Of a stretch of DNA of 64,000 nt, positions 1 through 40,630 are shown piece after piece. The translations under genes and the position numbers were made by a program. Below the pieces are notes generated by a model, which searched no databases, had not been told where the DNA came from, and worked only from the letters and a program-made list of their open reading frames with translations. Numbering within the stretch: position 1 is the first letter of the stretch; each line of letters opens with the position of its first letter. This DNA comes from Amphiscolops sp. MND2022 (taxonomy: Eukaryota). The DNA is taken from contig OZ076409.1 of the NCBI GenBank assembly GCA_964187785.1, forward strand, positions 9,364,001-9,428,000, written 5' to 3'.

Positions 1-412
1 GGACACTAATTTTGGATCGAGCCCTTTCGATTCTGAGCACGAAACTAATGATCAGCAAGAAGACATAGTGGAATAAGAACCTGTTTCTCAACCCGAAATA
101 TACCGCCCTCCCTCCCCCGAAATTTCTCAAAACAGTGGGGGGACCCCAGCAAAACAACCTGCTGTGACTGACGAAGAGCCCCAAACAATCACAAAAGAAC
201 CTACAGAAAATGAAAATCATAAGCCCATTCCAGAAACTTTAAGAAATCCAGAAATCTCACAAGATACCCCAACCCAAAACTTCCCAAAAACTCCCGAAAA
301 TAACCCAGAAATTGATGCACAAAAAACAGAAAAAACAGTTAACACAAGAGGTGAAAAGTACAACCTACGCCCAAGCCCAAACCCTAACTACTCAGACTCA
401 TACAGATATTAA
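1..412 (+). pseudogene. Low-complexity C-terminal tail of Gypsy pol/integrase (in-frame stop near 75)
   Basis: Pro/Glu/Asn-rich ORF ending in the YNLRP-x-P-x-PN motif. Confidence 0.55.
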
Positions 413-658
413 AAAACGAATCAAGAGACTCAAAGACTTTAACTAGATAACAGTCTCACTTGTTCTTCATTTTTTTCATTTTCTTACCTTCAACTGAAGC
501 TGAAGGCCTAATTCTCTCTATGAGAAAGATAAAAAACTACAAACCAGACGTAATCAGCCTGATTCGGCAACAACAACAAAACCAAACAAATAATAACAAA
601 GGCACTCAATATAAATTGACAAATTACAATGAAAAGTATTTAGAAATGTTCGCAAGAT

Positions 659-3600
659 TCATTTATCACCAGAATCTTTCTTAGCCTTCTTGCCCTTGAT
701 TACTAGCTTCTTAGCCCCGCTGGAGCTACTGTCAGAAAGAAACGGGACATCTGCGACTACCCGAGGAACAGAAAATGTCGGAGTCGAAAGTTTAGGACTA
801 GAACCTTTGGGTTTACCACTTGATTCAGCTCCTCGAGCTCTGCCTGGAAAAGGAGTAGGTTGCACAAATTTGCCACTTGAAAGGATAGGCCCAGGAGCAG
901 ATGTTTTGGGGCTAACCACAACGGAAGTCCATAAAGCTTCTTCATCGGAGATGGTACACGTATAACGCGACTCCAGTTTGTTAAGCAGTAGGCGCCGTCG
1001 AGAAGAACAGGAAGCAGTGACATCCCAAACTGAAAACGTCGCGTCAGACAGTAAAGCATTGCCTTTACCAAGCAACGAGAAAACAGGTGAGATTGTGCGA
1101 GGATTTGAAAAAAGCCCAGACACATTAGGAATCCCAGATAAAGAGGACTGGATACTTCGGACAGACGATCTAAATTCATCGGCATCAGAAGCTAGCTGAG
1201 GAAGTGTCACGGTGAAATGAGGCGGGATTGCGGAATGATTGGCAAGGCTAAGACAACATAACTTGAAGGCAAGGAACAGGTTCTCACGGCAGTGCATTTC
1301 ATAGTAACCAGACAAGAAATCCACCCATTCTCCGTCATGTTCAATAACATTGGATCCAAACTGAGCGACAAAGGAGTGATATTCGCTGTAAATCAAAGGT
1401 TTTACATTACTGCTGATCCATTTACTCTCCACAAAGAAATCACGAAGCATCTCGCATTCACGAGAGTAATCTTCTTCCTCGCCATGCCGCACGATAGCTT
1501 CATCAAAGATGAAAAATCCTCGAACCAATTTGGATTTACAAACTTTATGGCTCAATAACAACGCACAGATGTTTCTGCAGAAACACAATGCCTGCTCCAC
1601 AAAATGGGTAGGTGTCGGAATGCCCTTCTCAGCTACCAGATTAGCAAAATCTCTATTACGGAGAAAATCTGCAGCAGTCTTTAAAGGAAGGCTGTTTGAT
1701 GAGAGATCAATTGACAGGAAATGATCCCAATCAGACACTTCTCCGAGAATTGACTCCGGAAGGATAGCTTGCAACTGTGAGTAAGTAAAGGTTGCGAAAG
1801 CGCTGTAAAAGCGGAAGATGTCTGGTGATGGCCCATAGACATTTTTGAAGGCAGAATTATCTAAACACAAACGAAATGAAAATGGGGTAAGAAACCCGAT
1901 GACAACCGCAAAAAGGAAAAACTTACAATGCAAGAGAACATTCCGAATCAGGAACAACTTCGCAGGATACGTCTTGTCCTTGTAGGTAGTCTCATCAAGG
2001 CTTTTGGGCAGGAAAGAAAAAACAGATATGAAAGGTGAAGCGAATAAAAGAAGGGGGAAGATAAACGAAACTCACTTCTTTCATGTGGTAACGGAAGGCT
2101 TTGATCCTGTCTGCGAGCCGGAGGTGCGAAACAACGTGGGACCAGTTCATAGATAGCTGTCCAAGGATAATAGGGATATCTTCGTGGCGAAATTCAAAAC
2201 TGTGAATGGCCTGAAACAAACCACATAATGATTGCTACTTGACTTGCACTGATAAAAACTGAAAATTATGATGCATCATGCTGAATTTTGAATACAGCAT
2301 AGCATGGAACACAGCATACAGTATAACCTATGAGGATAATGCGGAAATCAGAACAAAATTGCATGACAAGAAAAACCCTATGCAGAAAAGTACAAAAAAC
2401 AACATAAAACTAGTGCACAACGTGCAGCGCAGTATAATGCAAAGTGGAATGATTTTATGCAGTTTTCAGAAGAAAACAGCATGCCAAACGAAATTATGCT
2501 GTTTTGAATAAAGAAACAGCATATTGGATTGATTTTATGCAGTTTTCAGAAGAAAACAGCATGCCAAATGAAATTATGTTGTTCTGAAGAAGAAACAGTA
2601 TATTGGAAAGTTTTTATGCAGTTTTCAGAAGAAAACAGTATGTCAAATGAAATCATGCTGTTCTGAAGAAGAAACAGCATATTGGAATGATTTTATGCAG
2701 TTTTCAAAAAAAAACAGCATAACAAATGAAATTATACAGTTTTGGAAAAGAAACAGCAAACAGGATAAACCTTATATAGTTTTCAGAAGAAAACGACATA
2801 TCGAACGAGGTTATGTTCATCTGGAGAAGAAAACACATACCAAAATCATTTAATGCAGAAAAACAATACACCGAACGAATTCACGCTGTTCAGACATTGA
2901 ACAGTAAAGTGAAATATTTGTAAATTACCTTTCGCAACTCAGGAAGGTTGCTCATCCAAGCGGAATCCAGAGCAGTGCGCAACTTCATGAGGAAGAAATG
3001 TAAAACGCTATGAAGATCATATCTGGCAAGAATCTTGATAGCCGGTCCTGCAAGGACTTTGTACAAGTCTTCATAACCGAAAGTCGGTACAGCGCAAGGC
3101 GACGGAGCTTGGAGTAATTCAGTTTGTAAGGTTTTGACAGTCTGCGCATCGAAACCAAGCAGAGAATAGATGCTAACGGGGGTACTCGTTATAGCCAAGA
3201 AACAACCAGCAACTTCAAGGACATTTTTAGCTTCAATCAGGCTGGGGGTAATCTCCGCAAGTAGAAGGTGATTGAGGACGTTCCCAGACCAAAATGATAC
3301 AGACAATTAGGTACATTCAGGTGTAGTTTGAAGCTGCAAAGAACAGCTTCCAGATTGACTAATCGCCTGGGCAGTGAATTGCAGCAATTCCCGGAACATA
3401 TAGATCAGCACTCCCTAAGAAAAGGAAAGAATGAGTTTAGATAACAAATGGTAGATAATAGACAATTAGTAAAACAATACTTACAAAGACACGTTCTGGA
3501 CACCAATTGAACTGGGGAACTTTTGAAGGCCCACGAATCTCTGACCCGAGGCTACTCCAAAGTGAACGCACGACGTCTAATCCTACGCCATGTTGCAATC

Positions 3601-5176
3601 CAGTCACTAAAAAGCGGATCTGTGAACAAATGACTGCAGAACGATCAAGTATATCTACATCGGAGGGAAGTTCGTACAGTCCAGGTAGCAGATAACACTC
3701 TCCCAAAGTAGGAGCAATTGGGTAAGTCATTTCGGCCTTCTCCCGCGCTTCATCCAGAGATGGACCGACTAGCTCTTGCTCATTTTTCCCGTACAAAGGA
3801 AGTCCGGGGATTTCCATACGGAGCCGATGTTCCCGGACTAAGTGAGCTTCAGTTCGATAGTGAGATAGGATCTCTAATGCGCCTTTGGTTTTCAACGACA
3901 ACTCGATGCTGCACACCCTGCACCTCCACTGTGTGGGTTGGCTTCAGCATCCATGGGGGCTGTAACAAAGAATTTGAAAACAGGATGTTTCCTGAACATC
4001 TGAATGTTTAACTGTAGTCGTGGTTTGGGCCGCCCAACTGTTCCAGATTGTCCTTGCAAGTTGGCCCCTGTAACAGTTTCACCTCCGGCCGGTGCTGAAA
4101 GTCTTTCACGACGCTGGATGCGTCGGGTGGCTGGGTTGCGTTTCGTTTTCGTTACTGCGACTTGAGATGAAGACGGTGGTTCCGGGATTCTGTCTTCGGA
4201 CAATCGGCAGGACGATGACTGTTGCTGTGATACCGGCGGTCTGGTAACGGTTTCTTGCAGTTGAGTACTGAGAGATGCAGTTGCTTCAGAGACTAAAACT
4301 TGAAAGCGCCGCTCTAGGGCCTCCAAATCAGAACTAGTTACGAAATTCATCGTAGGATCTGTGGAGGACGCTGTGCGGGTAATTGACCTATCAACCTCTA
4401 GCCCTGTAGGGGTAGTAACATCAGGGGTTTGAGCTCTGTTCAAGAATGCAGTGATTGGGGAATGAACCTGTTGTTCTCCTCCGGAAGGGTTATAACTCGG
4501 CGATCCTGGAGTTGGCTCAACCCCAGTGGTCTCTTTCCTGGGAGTCAAACGTTGGGTTTCGTCGCTAGTCGAAACATCTCCAGTGACGTCGACCATATCG
4601 CTATCGTGAGGTACCCGAAAGGTGGACAATCCAAAAGGAGGGAAAGCAGTTTGGGCGAATGAAACGGAACTCCTGTCAAAAGAATGTGCAATTCCGTCTG
4701 GGTCTGCTTGCCTGGGAGACTCTAGATTAGTCTGAAGTTGCTCGGGAGTTGATTGGTGAGGAGGGTTTGAAAACGCTTCAAGAGGAGCTAAATCGCTAGT
4801 TGGAGTACATTGTTCGGCGGAAACGTGAAGTTCGAAGGAGTCTGAAACACGAAAAGAAATGAAAATACAGGAAACCAAATTCGACCGGAAACAGAAGTTG
4901 TCTGATCAAAATTAGTGAGGGCCTGATCAACCTTCACTTCAAATTTAGAGTACTCGAAAAAGTCTGTTCACCACCCAAAGCAGGAAATCTGAAAATGAAC
5001 CTAGTTTTGGTGGAGAAAACGAAAATTGTGTTGTTTTCTAGTCAGATAACCTACAAAAGACCTGAGTGCAAAACAACTTAGAAATTAGTCCAAAATATTT
5101 TTGTCAGAGATATCAGAAATATTTGGAAATACCAACCTCGTGTTGGAGTTCCTTTCTCTCCGTTTTCTCTGGACAT
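659..5176 (-). pseudogene. Multi-exon antisense gene inside element 1: C2H2/BED-like zinc finger plus hAT-transposase-like body; has a frameshift and a stop
   Basis: ORF pieces are 3892-4878, 3437-3916, 2890-3306, 1995-2219 and 659-1957. Minus-strand GT/AG sites bound them (e.g. VF|gtaagt ~3484, ttcttag|ggag ~3415, RK|gtaatt ~2929, tttcag|gcc ~2211, KE|gtgagt ~2075). Candidate ATG at 5176. Zinc-finger-like CRVCSIELSLKTKGALEILSHYRTEAH. Confidence 0.65.
2440..2890. repeat. Degenerate minisatellite (~39-40 nt subunit, ~79 nt dimer) inside an intron of the antisense gene
   Basis: Recurring ttttatgcagttttcagaagaaaacagcat / aaattatgctgtt units. Confidence 0.8.
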
Positions 5177-6346
5177 CGTTCCCTCCAAATGAATGAGCAA
5201 ATAGAAAGAGGATCTTGATACAATTAGTCGGTTGTCAAATACCAGCTAACTGAAGAGAAACTGCTAATCCGTCGCAATTAACTAACAAGCGCGGTCGGCC
5301 GACAAAATTGAGTAAATTTGAAAGAAGTCTGAAGGATAGACTGGCAAAAGAAAAGAAAACAAGAAGAACTGTGAGTACTATAATGACTATCACTTGATAC
5401 TGAAAATTTGAAAACAAAGCGAGAAACGATGAAGGCGTGGTGTATAACAGAAAGGCAAAAGAGCAAATAACCAACGTCAAAAGTATGCTGTCCGCGGATC
5501 AGCTCAATTTTGATTGGTCGAAAATGTGCTGAGCTTGGCCATATCTGCCAGTATGACTAAGCTGTATGAGCGCATTTTAAGTACGTGGAAATCAAACGAG
5601 ACGTACAGCATAAACATCCTATTATGCGGAAATGTGAAAGAATCAGCATAATCTGCTCAAGCGGTGAGTGAATGAGAGCAAAAGATGACCCGCACTGTTA
5701 TGATGTAAACTCGAAATAACAGCATAATGTTGTTATGCGGAAATGGATACAAAACAGTATATTGAACTAATATTGCTAGAAATGAGAATTATGATGAAGT
5801 ATGATGTTTTCTGTGAACAGCATATGATGTAAATCACTACTAATACTGCAGTTCCAAAATATTATATATTGATTAATACACGAGTATGGATTCACACTTT
5901 GGAAGAAGTGACTCATATAGTAAGGTGTGAAATCATTCTCATGATAAACCTGAATGAAATATTGATGTAATTTATTTTGATTGTGAGTAATTAAAATAAG
6001 TCACCCTAAAATGGAAAGATAGTAAACGAGACATGAAAGAAGGCGGCAAAGACATTCCAAAACTGATAATTGTTTATTTGAAATTGAGAATTTTAGTGAT
6101 GCTATTACCTGAATATACTCCGATAAATTACCCGAGGAAACCTGGAAAAGAGATTTTTGAAATATGTTTTGGAGTAATTAATGTGCTACTCATAATCTTA
6201 CGGAAATCTAGAAGATCTCACCATTCTGGTCTTAACTTTCGCGATATCAGTTGACTCGTAGCATCATAATTCTTCAACCCCGTTCAATTTTTAAAACTTA
6301 GGATCTGTAAACCAGCCTGAAAATCCGTGAAACCTACTGAAGTGAA

Positions 6347-7312
6347 ATGTATGCAACTCCGATAACAAGGACTAACAGTACTGGAGAACGAATGCAGTCA
6401 GACGCGGCCCTAGATCTGATAAACATATCTAGCAGTTCAGACGAAGGATTTGTAGTGGAACCTTTGACTTTGACTGAAATGGAAGATAGGTTCAGAGTCG
6501 CCCCTTCATCAATTGCGAGCATGCCCGTTGCCTTCATAGGATCTACGGAAGCTTCGTTGTTCGTGACCAACTCAATGGAAACAGAATCACGAGGATGCAT
6601 AGATACAAGGGGGACAACTATTGAGTCCGAACTGATGGACTTGTTGAACGATATACCTGACATTTCCCCAGTGACATTCATCGATAGCTCAGAAGAAGAG
6701 ATGGACCCATTTCCAGAAGCTAACTTTGCGAATGTGCAAAGAAATGCATATGGACGTCCCACACAAAGAGTATCTCCTATCCCTAGACCCCAAGTTACAA
6801 ACCCGGGACAACGACCAGAAGCAACACGTGACATCAATCCTCTGACGATACTTGGTCAGGTGAGTGCTTTCACAGCATATATTGCCCCGCAACAAAGGAC
6901 AGCTGACTTTAATGCACGACCAGTTCAACAAGCCGCATACCTGCCGATGCCTGTGCCATTCTACCCCAATGGGTGGAACAACCAAGGTTGTGGGCCGGTT
7001 AACAACAATGCACACTCAATCACAACAAACAACGCCTTTCCTCAGAATGGACCAATACTCCAGATGAACCCACCCGTTATGCCCGAAGTTGCGGGATACT
7101 GCTCCAGTTGCATGAAAACATACGATCACATTGCAGTTGAAACCTTGACTAGCTACATTGCCTGGTCAGAATACCCTGAAGAAACTATTCGAGATCGGAA
7201 TGTGAGGTCGAGAGCTTTTGTGGACGGGTTTGGAGCAGCCCTGATCTGTTTTAAAAATGCTGGACTGTCGCCCGGTTACCCTTGCGAGATGTCCGGGGTG
7301 CAGCACCGGTAA
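6347..7312 (+). CDS. 321-aa accessory ORF inside the putative LTR; largely disordered, SIM-like motifs, C-terminal CxxC
   Basis: Uninterrupted ORF with motifs LINISSSSDE, VTFIDSSEEE and YCSSCMK. Confidence 0.6.
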   Translation: MYATPITRTNSTGERMQSDAALDLINISSSSDEGFVVEPLTLTEMEDRFRVAPSSIASMPVAFIGSTEASLFVTNSMETESRGCIDTRGTTIESELMDLLNDIPDISPVTFIDSSEEEMDPFPEANFANVQRNAYGRPTQRVSPIPRPQVTNPGQRPEATRDINPLTILGQVSAFTAYIAPQQRTADFNARPVQQAAYLPMPVPFYPNGWNNQGCGPVNNNAHSITTNNAFPQNGPILQMNPPVMPEVAGYCSSCMKTYDHIAVETLTSYIAWSEYPEETIRDRNVRSRAFVDGFGAALICFKNAGLSPGYPCEMSGVQHR

Positions 7313-8446
7313 GCAGATCAGTACTGCATCATCCTTCACAATGCCCGAAGACCCAATGCCAGCCTTATAAACTTTGAAAAACATTCAAACTAAACCATAA
7401 ACTGAGACATTTGTTCTCAAATAACTGTTCTCGTTGCTATTTCTTATGTTTGTTTAAGTTAAACCGTTAGTTGATGTTGGTTTATGTGGACTTACGTCCT
7501 GTTTGATTTACATGTGACAACGGCCTAACCGTTGAAAAAAGACAAAGAAAAAGGCAAAAGCTCAATAAACTAGTCATTAGTGACGATGTTACTAATCTGA
7601 CCAGATCCAAATCTCTGTTTTGCTCCACAGTTATATTGTAGGAAATTGTGGTATACATGACAGTAATTTCAATATATTAGTCAAGTTACATCATGGTTAT
7701 GCAAGAAGTGTGTGAAATCAGTATGATGTTTTATCTTGAATGCAGCATGACAAAACATCCGTCCAAAATAGTACTAAATTATGCTGCTTTATACGGTTTG
7801 TAATGATCGGCATTTTCGGTATTTTTAGTAAAACAGCATAATATGGATATATATACTGTCGCTTATGCTTTATACCGTATTATACTGGAAATGCTCAAAA
7901 ACAGCATGAAGATTTAACTCAAAAACGGCATATGAAGGAAACTCTGGAAAACAGCATGATGTTCATACTCGAAAACAGCATAATGACCGCCAGCACCACG
8001 GCACTGTTCAATCGTACTGTATTATGCAGTTTTCATAAAACTGCATATGCAGAATTATATCGGAAAACAGCATAAAGTGCATAATATTACACATTAATCC
8101 GCCGCTACATTGATGCTATATTTAGACCTTCTAGGGACATGATGTCATGATTTATTTTTAACTTCTGACCCTAGAAACATGACGTAATGATGATTTTTGT
8201 AAAATTGCTGGTCATGCTACTAAAAATAACACCCAATGAAATCATTTTGTAGATACTTTTGAAATCAGTTTTTCCATAATCATTCGACAAGATAAGATGC
8301 AGAAATCAGTCACTCTAAATCAGAGAAACGCTTTCCATCAATTCCAAACTTTGCAGTTTCTTTCATTGTAAAGATAACTCCGAATTTTCATTTCAACAAT
8401 ATCTTTGAAATTCAAAGATTTCCCTCAACTTGAAGTTGTTTTCAAC

Positions 8447-8999
8447 ATGGGAAATAGAAGGAACAGACGTACAAGGAGAAATGAGTCTCAGTCTCCAGAG
8501 AGAGATGAGAATATGTCAGAAACAAGCCTTCTACAAGGTAATGCGATTTCAACTAATGTTTCTGAAAATGTTAATAACGTTTTTGACAGGAACTTAGGTA
8601 GCGAACTAACGGAACCATCACAAATCAGTAATGAGATAGAAATAATTTCTCAAAGGCTGTCTGAACAAAACAGTAACAAGATGACACAAATAGAACACCA
8701 GTTGAATAACAAATTTGAAGAAATACTTGAAGAAATCAGAGCAAACAAAAACTGTAACACAATAACTGATGAAGAGGACGTTGAGAGTAGACAGCCAGGT
8801 CCTTCAAACTCAAAACCCAAGGGTCTCAGGAACAAACACGCATCGAACATGGCAATAGAATAAGATCAGGGAGATCGGTTTTACTCGTCTGAAACGAGTG
8901 AATTAAGGCAACCATATACTCCGATTGGAATTACAGATGAGACTTTAGATGAGACCATAATAATAAACGAAAACAGACAGGAAAATGCCGATCATCACA
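8447..8999 (+). pseudogene. N-terminal gag-like ORF start that runs to the LTR end
   Basis: MGNRRNRRTRR... basic start, then a coiled-coil-like segment. One stop at 8863; the frame continues to ...ENADHH and breaks at the CA terminus. Confidence 0.5.
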
Positions 9000-9589
9000 G
9001 ACTGTGTGTCGAACAAATAGATATCTGATGAGAAAGTCGAGAAAGGATGTACAACAAGAGTGAAATTGGAGTACTAGAGGGAGAGCAAAGAGAAAATTTT
9101 GTGATTGCAACAATTGAGCTGTTGTAGATGGCAAAAATGTAGATGGTTGTAGTTCTTATTTCTTTCATAGAGCACATGAGAAGTCTAAGATTCTTAACAA
9201 CAAATTCGTCTGAGCTACCAAGTTTACTGAGTAGCTAACTATTTCCAATATCTCTGAGATCTCAGTTAAGTACTCCTTTCAGACAGAAACCGTTTTTCAG
9301 TTAATACTCTAGTTTTCACTGGGTAGATATATCATACCAATTCGTCAATGATTACAATTAGTTACATTGACATGCTAATTATTCAATAGCGACAGCAGTA
9401 AGAAGAACTAGATGGGTTACTAATTATATTGTCACAAAGTATTAAATAAGTTATCTTCATGTGTCAGCAATCTAGTCAACTTTAGTTAACTACAAATGAA
9501 GTGACATATGTCTTTCTAAACTTGGGTGACTTTAAGATATTTGAAGGTTCTTGAGGACATGTATCATGGCATCACACTGTATGTTTCCA

Positions 9590-9850
9590 TGCAGCATGTA
9601 AAAAGTTCAAGCAATCTCGACTAGGGTAAATTGTTATTAAAACTGCTACTTTTATAGACGGATAGTTACTTTAAACTTGTAAATGACCACTAAACCCCTG
9701 TGGCAGCTGAGCATTTCCTCTGAGTTGAATTGAAAGAGAGAAATTTACTGTCGTGCTTCTGCGGTACCTCGATATATCCATCTTTATGACACGTCGTCCT
9801 ACTCATGAGGCTTCGCTAGTTGAGACTGCTGGAACTTTTTACATGCTGCA
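9590..9850. mobile_element. MITE-like element with ~35-bp terminal inverted repeats
   Basis: tgcagcatgtaaaaagttcaagcaatctcgactag versus ctagttgagactgctggaactttttacatgctgca. Confidence 0.6.
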
Positions 9851-10591
9851 GGCCTGCATGCAGGGTAATTTTTAATAAAACCTAGAAAATTCAGTAAGGT
9901 TCCGTGGGTAAATCTTGTAGAATTACACTGCATTTTCCACTACTGCAATTAAATTTGAAAAAATTCCCACTTCATTTACGGACACGATCACGATGTATTC
10001 ACACATTGATTTCTCAAATACTCATCTGATTTAATCACCGCTTCTCAAATATGACGCTGAAGATGACGCGTAGTTTGCTGTTTACATTGTGAATGAAGTT
10101 AAATTGCACTGAAATGGCGGCAAAATTGTTGACGTCTCAGCTGAATTTAAAATTAAAACTGATACATGTTGAAACTTGCAGAACTTCGTGGCTTGAAATT
10201 GCCGCCAAAACTTTGATGATTCTTTAAAGCAGCTTGATAAAAGTTGTCGACAACATGGAAATATTAACGCATTAAAGGTCCCGTAAGATATTTAGAAAAT
10301 CATAATAAAAGTTGCTGCAACATTAAATTACATTCAAGCATGCTCAACTAGGGTTTGGATAGCTGATAACCAGGAAAGTTATTGTCAAGTCTTTCAGCAT
10401 TTATCTATGTCAAAATTAAGCTGTATGCTTTCTTGAACTCGGGTTCTTATGACTATTGCGTCACTATTTACAGTACTCCTTATCTTCTCGGTTTCTTATC
10501 GAAGTATAAACACTCAAGTATTGACCAATCTGCTGTAGACATTTGTTCCCATTTTTGTCACATATTGTCCTAGAATCAAGTCGTCATCGGA

Positions 10592-37293
<26,702 letters not shown>

Positions 37294-37525
37294 GACCCAC
37301 ATGGTCCTTTTCGGAAAGGAGTCAAGATATAGTCAACATCTACGAAAACTGCCAGATGTGAAAGTCTGCAGTCAAATGAAGTCAAGCGTGAAGAAAAATA
37401 GTATAGAAACTGTATTATGGTAGATTAGAAGATTAGTATAGATATATAGAAATATAGTATTAGTGCTCAAATTATGTTTAATTGTTCCGTGTATTTTGTG
37501 GTATTTAATTGCAAGATAGATTGAA

Positions 37526-37531
37526 AATAAA
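37526..37531 (+). promoter_or_regulatory. Candidate polyadenylation signal of cathepsin L
   Basis: AATAAA about 230 nt after the stop, followed by a T/GT-rich tract. Confidence 0.5.
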
Positions 37532-37819
37532 AGTTATGCACATTTTTCTGTTTGGAGAAATATTATGTAAAGTAGTTCTGGTGCGACACGAAATATTATG
37601 AAAATGAAGAATCTGCTTGAGGAAGGAAAAAAATCTAACGCCTAAAAATGTCTAAAAATCTGACATGCTCAATGAACTACCACCGCCTAAGATCTAAAAA
37701 GCATGCACCGTAACTAACCGTAAATGAACATGACGTCTGAGGTAGGGCATATCCTGTGTATGCACGCTCGCCCTCACCGTGGCAAAGACCAACCCACAAT
37801 ACGATCGCTTCGCGATCTC

Positions 37820-38030
37820 CGTTCCCGCTAGGTCTTTGCTCCCTAGAAACTAAACAAATCGAACGACGAATTTTCGATGAAATTCTCGCCCTGCGAGAAC
37901 TAGAAAAACTTGACCCACAAAATTCAGATGAAGAACGGATGAAATTTTTGACAAATTTCAACGGGGATGAATCCCTTGCACAAGAACTCCTAATCCGGCA
38001 CAAGAACTCCAAGTCGAAGAACTTTTAGTG
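37820..38030 (+). pseudogene. Small Gypsy pol fragment (region preceding RT)
   Basis: IFDEILALRELEKLDPQNSDEERMKFLTNF resembles the pre-RT linker of such elements. Confidence 0.35.
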
Positions 38031-39959
38031 AAACACAAGACAATCGCAATCTTAACTCAACTACATCCGTCTATAAACTAGAGAAATTCGTTTCTTCAAT
38101 TGTGTATTTCAACCAATTCTATTTTACAGAACCAACTTTGTTTCTGCAATCAACTACTTCGAATCTCAGTTCTGTTGAAATTCTCAATCTGAAATCACTG
38201 ACGTCCGTCTGTAAACTAGAGAAAAACTTTCATTAGATTAGTTCAGCCTGTATAACTTCCATTTTACTATTTACAACTCTTTTAAATCTTAGTTTCCCAT
38301 TTTAAACCTCAATTGATCAAAATGCCCCGCCAACTGAGAGGAAGAGCTCTTCATTACCCCAAAGCACACTCCGAAGCGACCAAAACTAAATGGTTGATAA
38401 AACGCAAGAAAAAATGTAAAAAAACATGTTCAAAAAATGTTTTTGTTGTTTTTCCAGACACTTCTTTCCAACTTTTTTGGTCTATATTCAATGAAAAAAT
38501 TCTATGGATTTAATCACTTTCATGCTTTATATTCTTCTGTTAAATTTTCTACAATAACAAAATTGGCATCAAATGAACAAGCATTTTGAAAAACACTTTG
38601 TGTTCCACGGTAGTTCCACAAGTGGAAAAAACAATGAAGATCAAAACACTGGTTATTGTTAAAAAAACCTGTCAAAAATATTTTTCGTGCAAAACAATTA
38701 TAAGAAACAACCTTGGACCAGACAACGTGGTCTGCCGAAGACAATGGAAAAGTGTTGGGAACGAAAAAGAGTGAGCCACTCCCAATATTCAATTCGACTC
38801 CTGTGGAGGATTCACAAATTGTAGACTTTCCGAACCCACAAAAGACCAATCCATTCTCAGTCTCCCTTGACATGACAAACTTCGCCCAGTTATTAGAGAG
38901 TGAAAACTCCCAGTAATCTAATGCATTAGTTATGTGAGCACTGAAAAAGTCACTATCATGGATTACCCTTTAGACCTGGAAACAATCGCTATCACGACGA
39001 GCTGTGTAAGTAAGCGACACTGAGCGTCTTTCAAAAAGTGTTCAGCAAAGCAGAAGAAACCAAGGTAAATTTTGATGAAACAATAAAAAAATTTCCAAAA
39101 GTTTTGATTGTTTTTGTCGACTTCAAAATGGCATCTACTTTTTTAGTTTGGAAAAATAATTGGTATTTCTTTTGCACTTTGCTTCAACAAGTTTGCCTCA
39201 ACAAGGGTACAAAAAAATGATGCAGAGGTTTGCTTCCAAGCTCGAGAAAAGTGGGCCTTCTCTGTTCCCCTCATCACCTTTTTTGCGAAAGTAACTGTAA
39301 ATTGGTTAGTAAGTATTCCTTCAATTTCAATTTTCAGCAAACATCACAGTTTTGTGAGAACAAAATTATCGAATTTGTAAATCAGAAACTTATTTACAAC
39401 ACCTTGATGACAAATAAATTAAAATTAAATTTTTGTGATGTTATAAAACAAAAGAGAAAACACATGACAAATTACCTATCATGCCAAAACGTGTGGCCCT
39501 TCGTTTGAAAAAAAAACATGAGAAACAATGTGTTCTTCAAACGGCTTCTTTTAAACATTACAACTTTGGATGATTATACACAAATTTTCTGAAAAAAATT
39601 TCCGAACAAACTATGCTAATAGACGTTAACTTCAGGTTTTGGGAAAAAAGATAAAATTTGAAACGCTGGGATCGAAGTTTATCGTTTTAGGACTAACGCT
39701 GAAATGTTTTAGGAATATTTGATAACGAGACATTGCTGCAAAACCTGGCAGATTCTGGGTTCTTCGGATGCGAAAACATCCTCAAAGCTCATTGACGATG
39801 TCTACATCACACTTCACAAGCTCTGTCAACACCCTAATGTAAAAAAAATTAATATCAGAAAAGCACGCCAGATTGTATTATATTATCCACACAAATTACC
39901 TGGAGAGCATGGAGTTTGTGAAATATGTACGAATAAAATCGTATGGAAACTTCACTGAT

Positions 39960-40290
39960 TTCTCAGATATGGTTGTGCTGGCGGAGGACTCCGAAATAGG
40001 GTTTTGAAAGGATTCGGTGCTAAGATGAAGAAGGACCAGCTGCCGGGATCACGCCATTTTTCCTACTTCAAAAGGCCGGGACCCAACGACATGGTTATAT
40101 TGGGCCCAGCAAGTTTCATCAATCACAACCGCTAACCAAATTGCAAGTACAATTGTCGTGGTGACAAAATTTTAACCAAAACCTTCATAAGGACTAAAAG
40201 AAATTTGGTGCGGGGGAAGAAATAACAGTTTCTTACACAGACGATTACTTTGGACCTGGCAATATTGATTGAAAATGCTTTTGTCCTTCC
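39960..40290 (+). pseudogene. Decayed SET domain, SUV4-20/KMT5B-like, with Cys-containing post-SET
   Basis: ILGPASFINHNR*PNCKY...RNL..GEEITVSYTDDYFGPGNID*KCFC; two stops and a frameshift. Confidence 0.8.
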
Positions 40291-40630
40291 AAAAAGACAA
40301 ATGAGGTTGCCGCTCAGCCTCGGGAGCCGCAGATGGCGAAAACACGGCAGGAGCAATATATGCCCCATCCCGAGGAATTTGAGTTTGTCCCTCATGATAT
40401 TTCACCGCGAATTTCAGCAGCTACCTCCACTTCCATCGCAAGCCCAGAGTCCAATCGCTTCAACCTTTTGCCACCGAGCCCCCCTCCCAGGTAACTCTTA
40501 CCAATGTTGGGAAAAACCGCGGGCAGAAAGTGCTTCATTTGCCATTCAGTGGTCATCCGTCATCCGAATCAATTCGCATCAGGTTCAGACGCATTCAAAA
40601 ATATTTGATGAAAGACAGTGACGTTTCCGT

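Larger units (their letters stand above)
1..8999 (+). mobile_element. 3' part of a large Ty3/Gypsy LTR retrotransposon (element 1): pol tail, antisense accessory gene and long 3' LTR
   Basis: Pol-like C-terminus KYNLRPSPNPNYSDSYRY* ends at 412, and a similar tail (RYNLSPNPRPN) follows the integrase remnant of element 2. A purine-rich tract near 5666-5686 precedes tgttatgat (5696), which is an imperfect inverted repeat of atcatcaca (8991-8999). Confidence 0.7.
5696..8999 (+). repeat. Putative long (~3.3 kb) 3' LTR of element 1
   Basis: TG...CA ends with an imperfect terminal inverted repeat (tgttatgat / atcatcaca) and an upstream purine tract. The partner LTR is not in the window. Confidence 0.5.
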
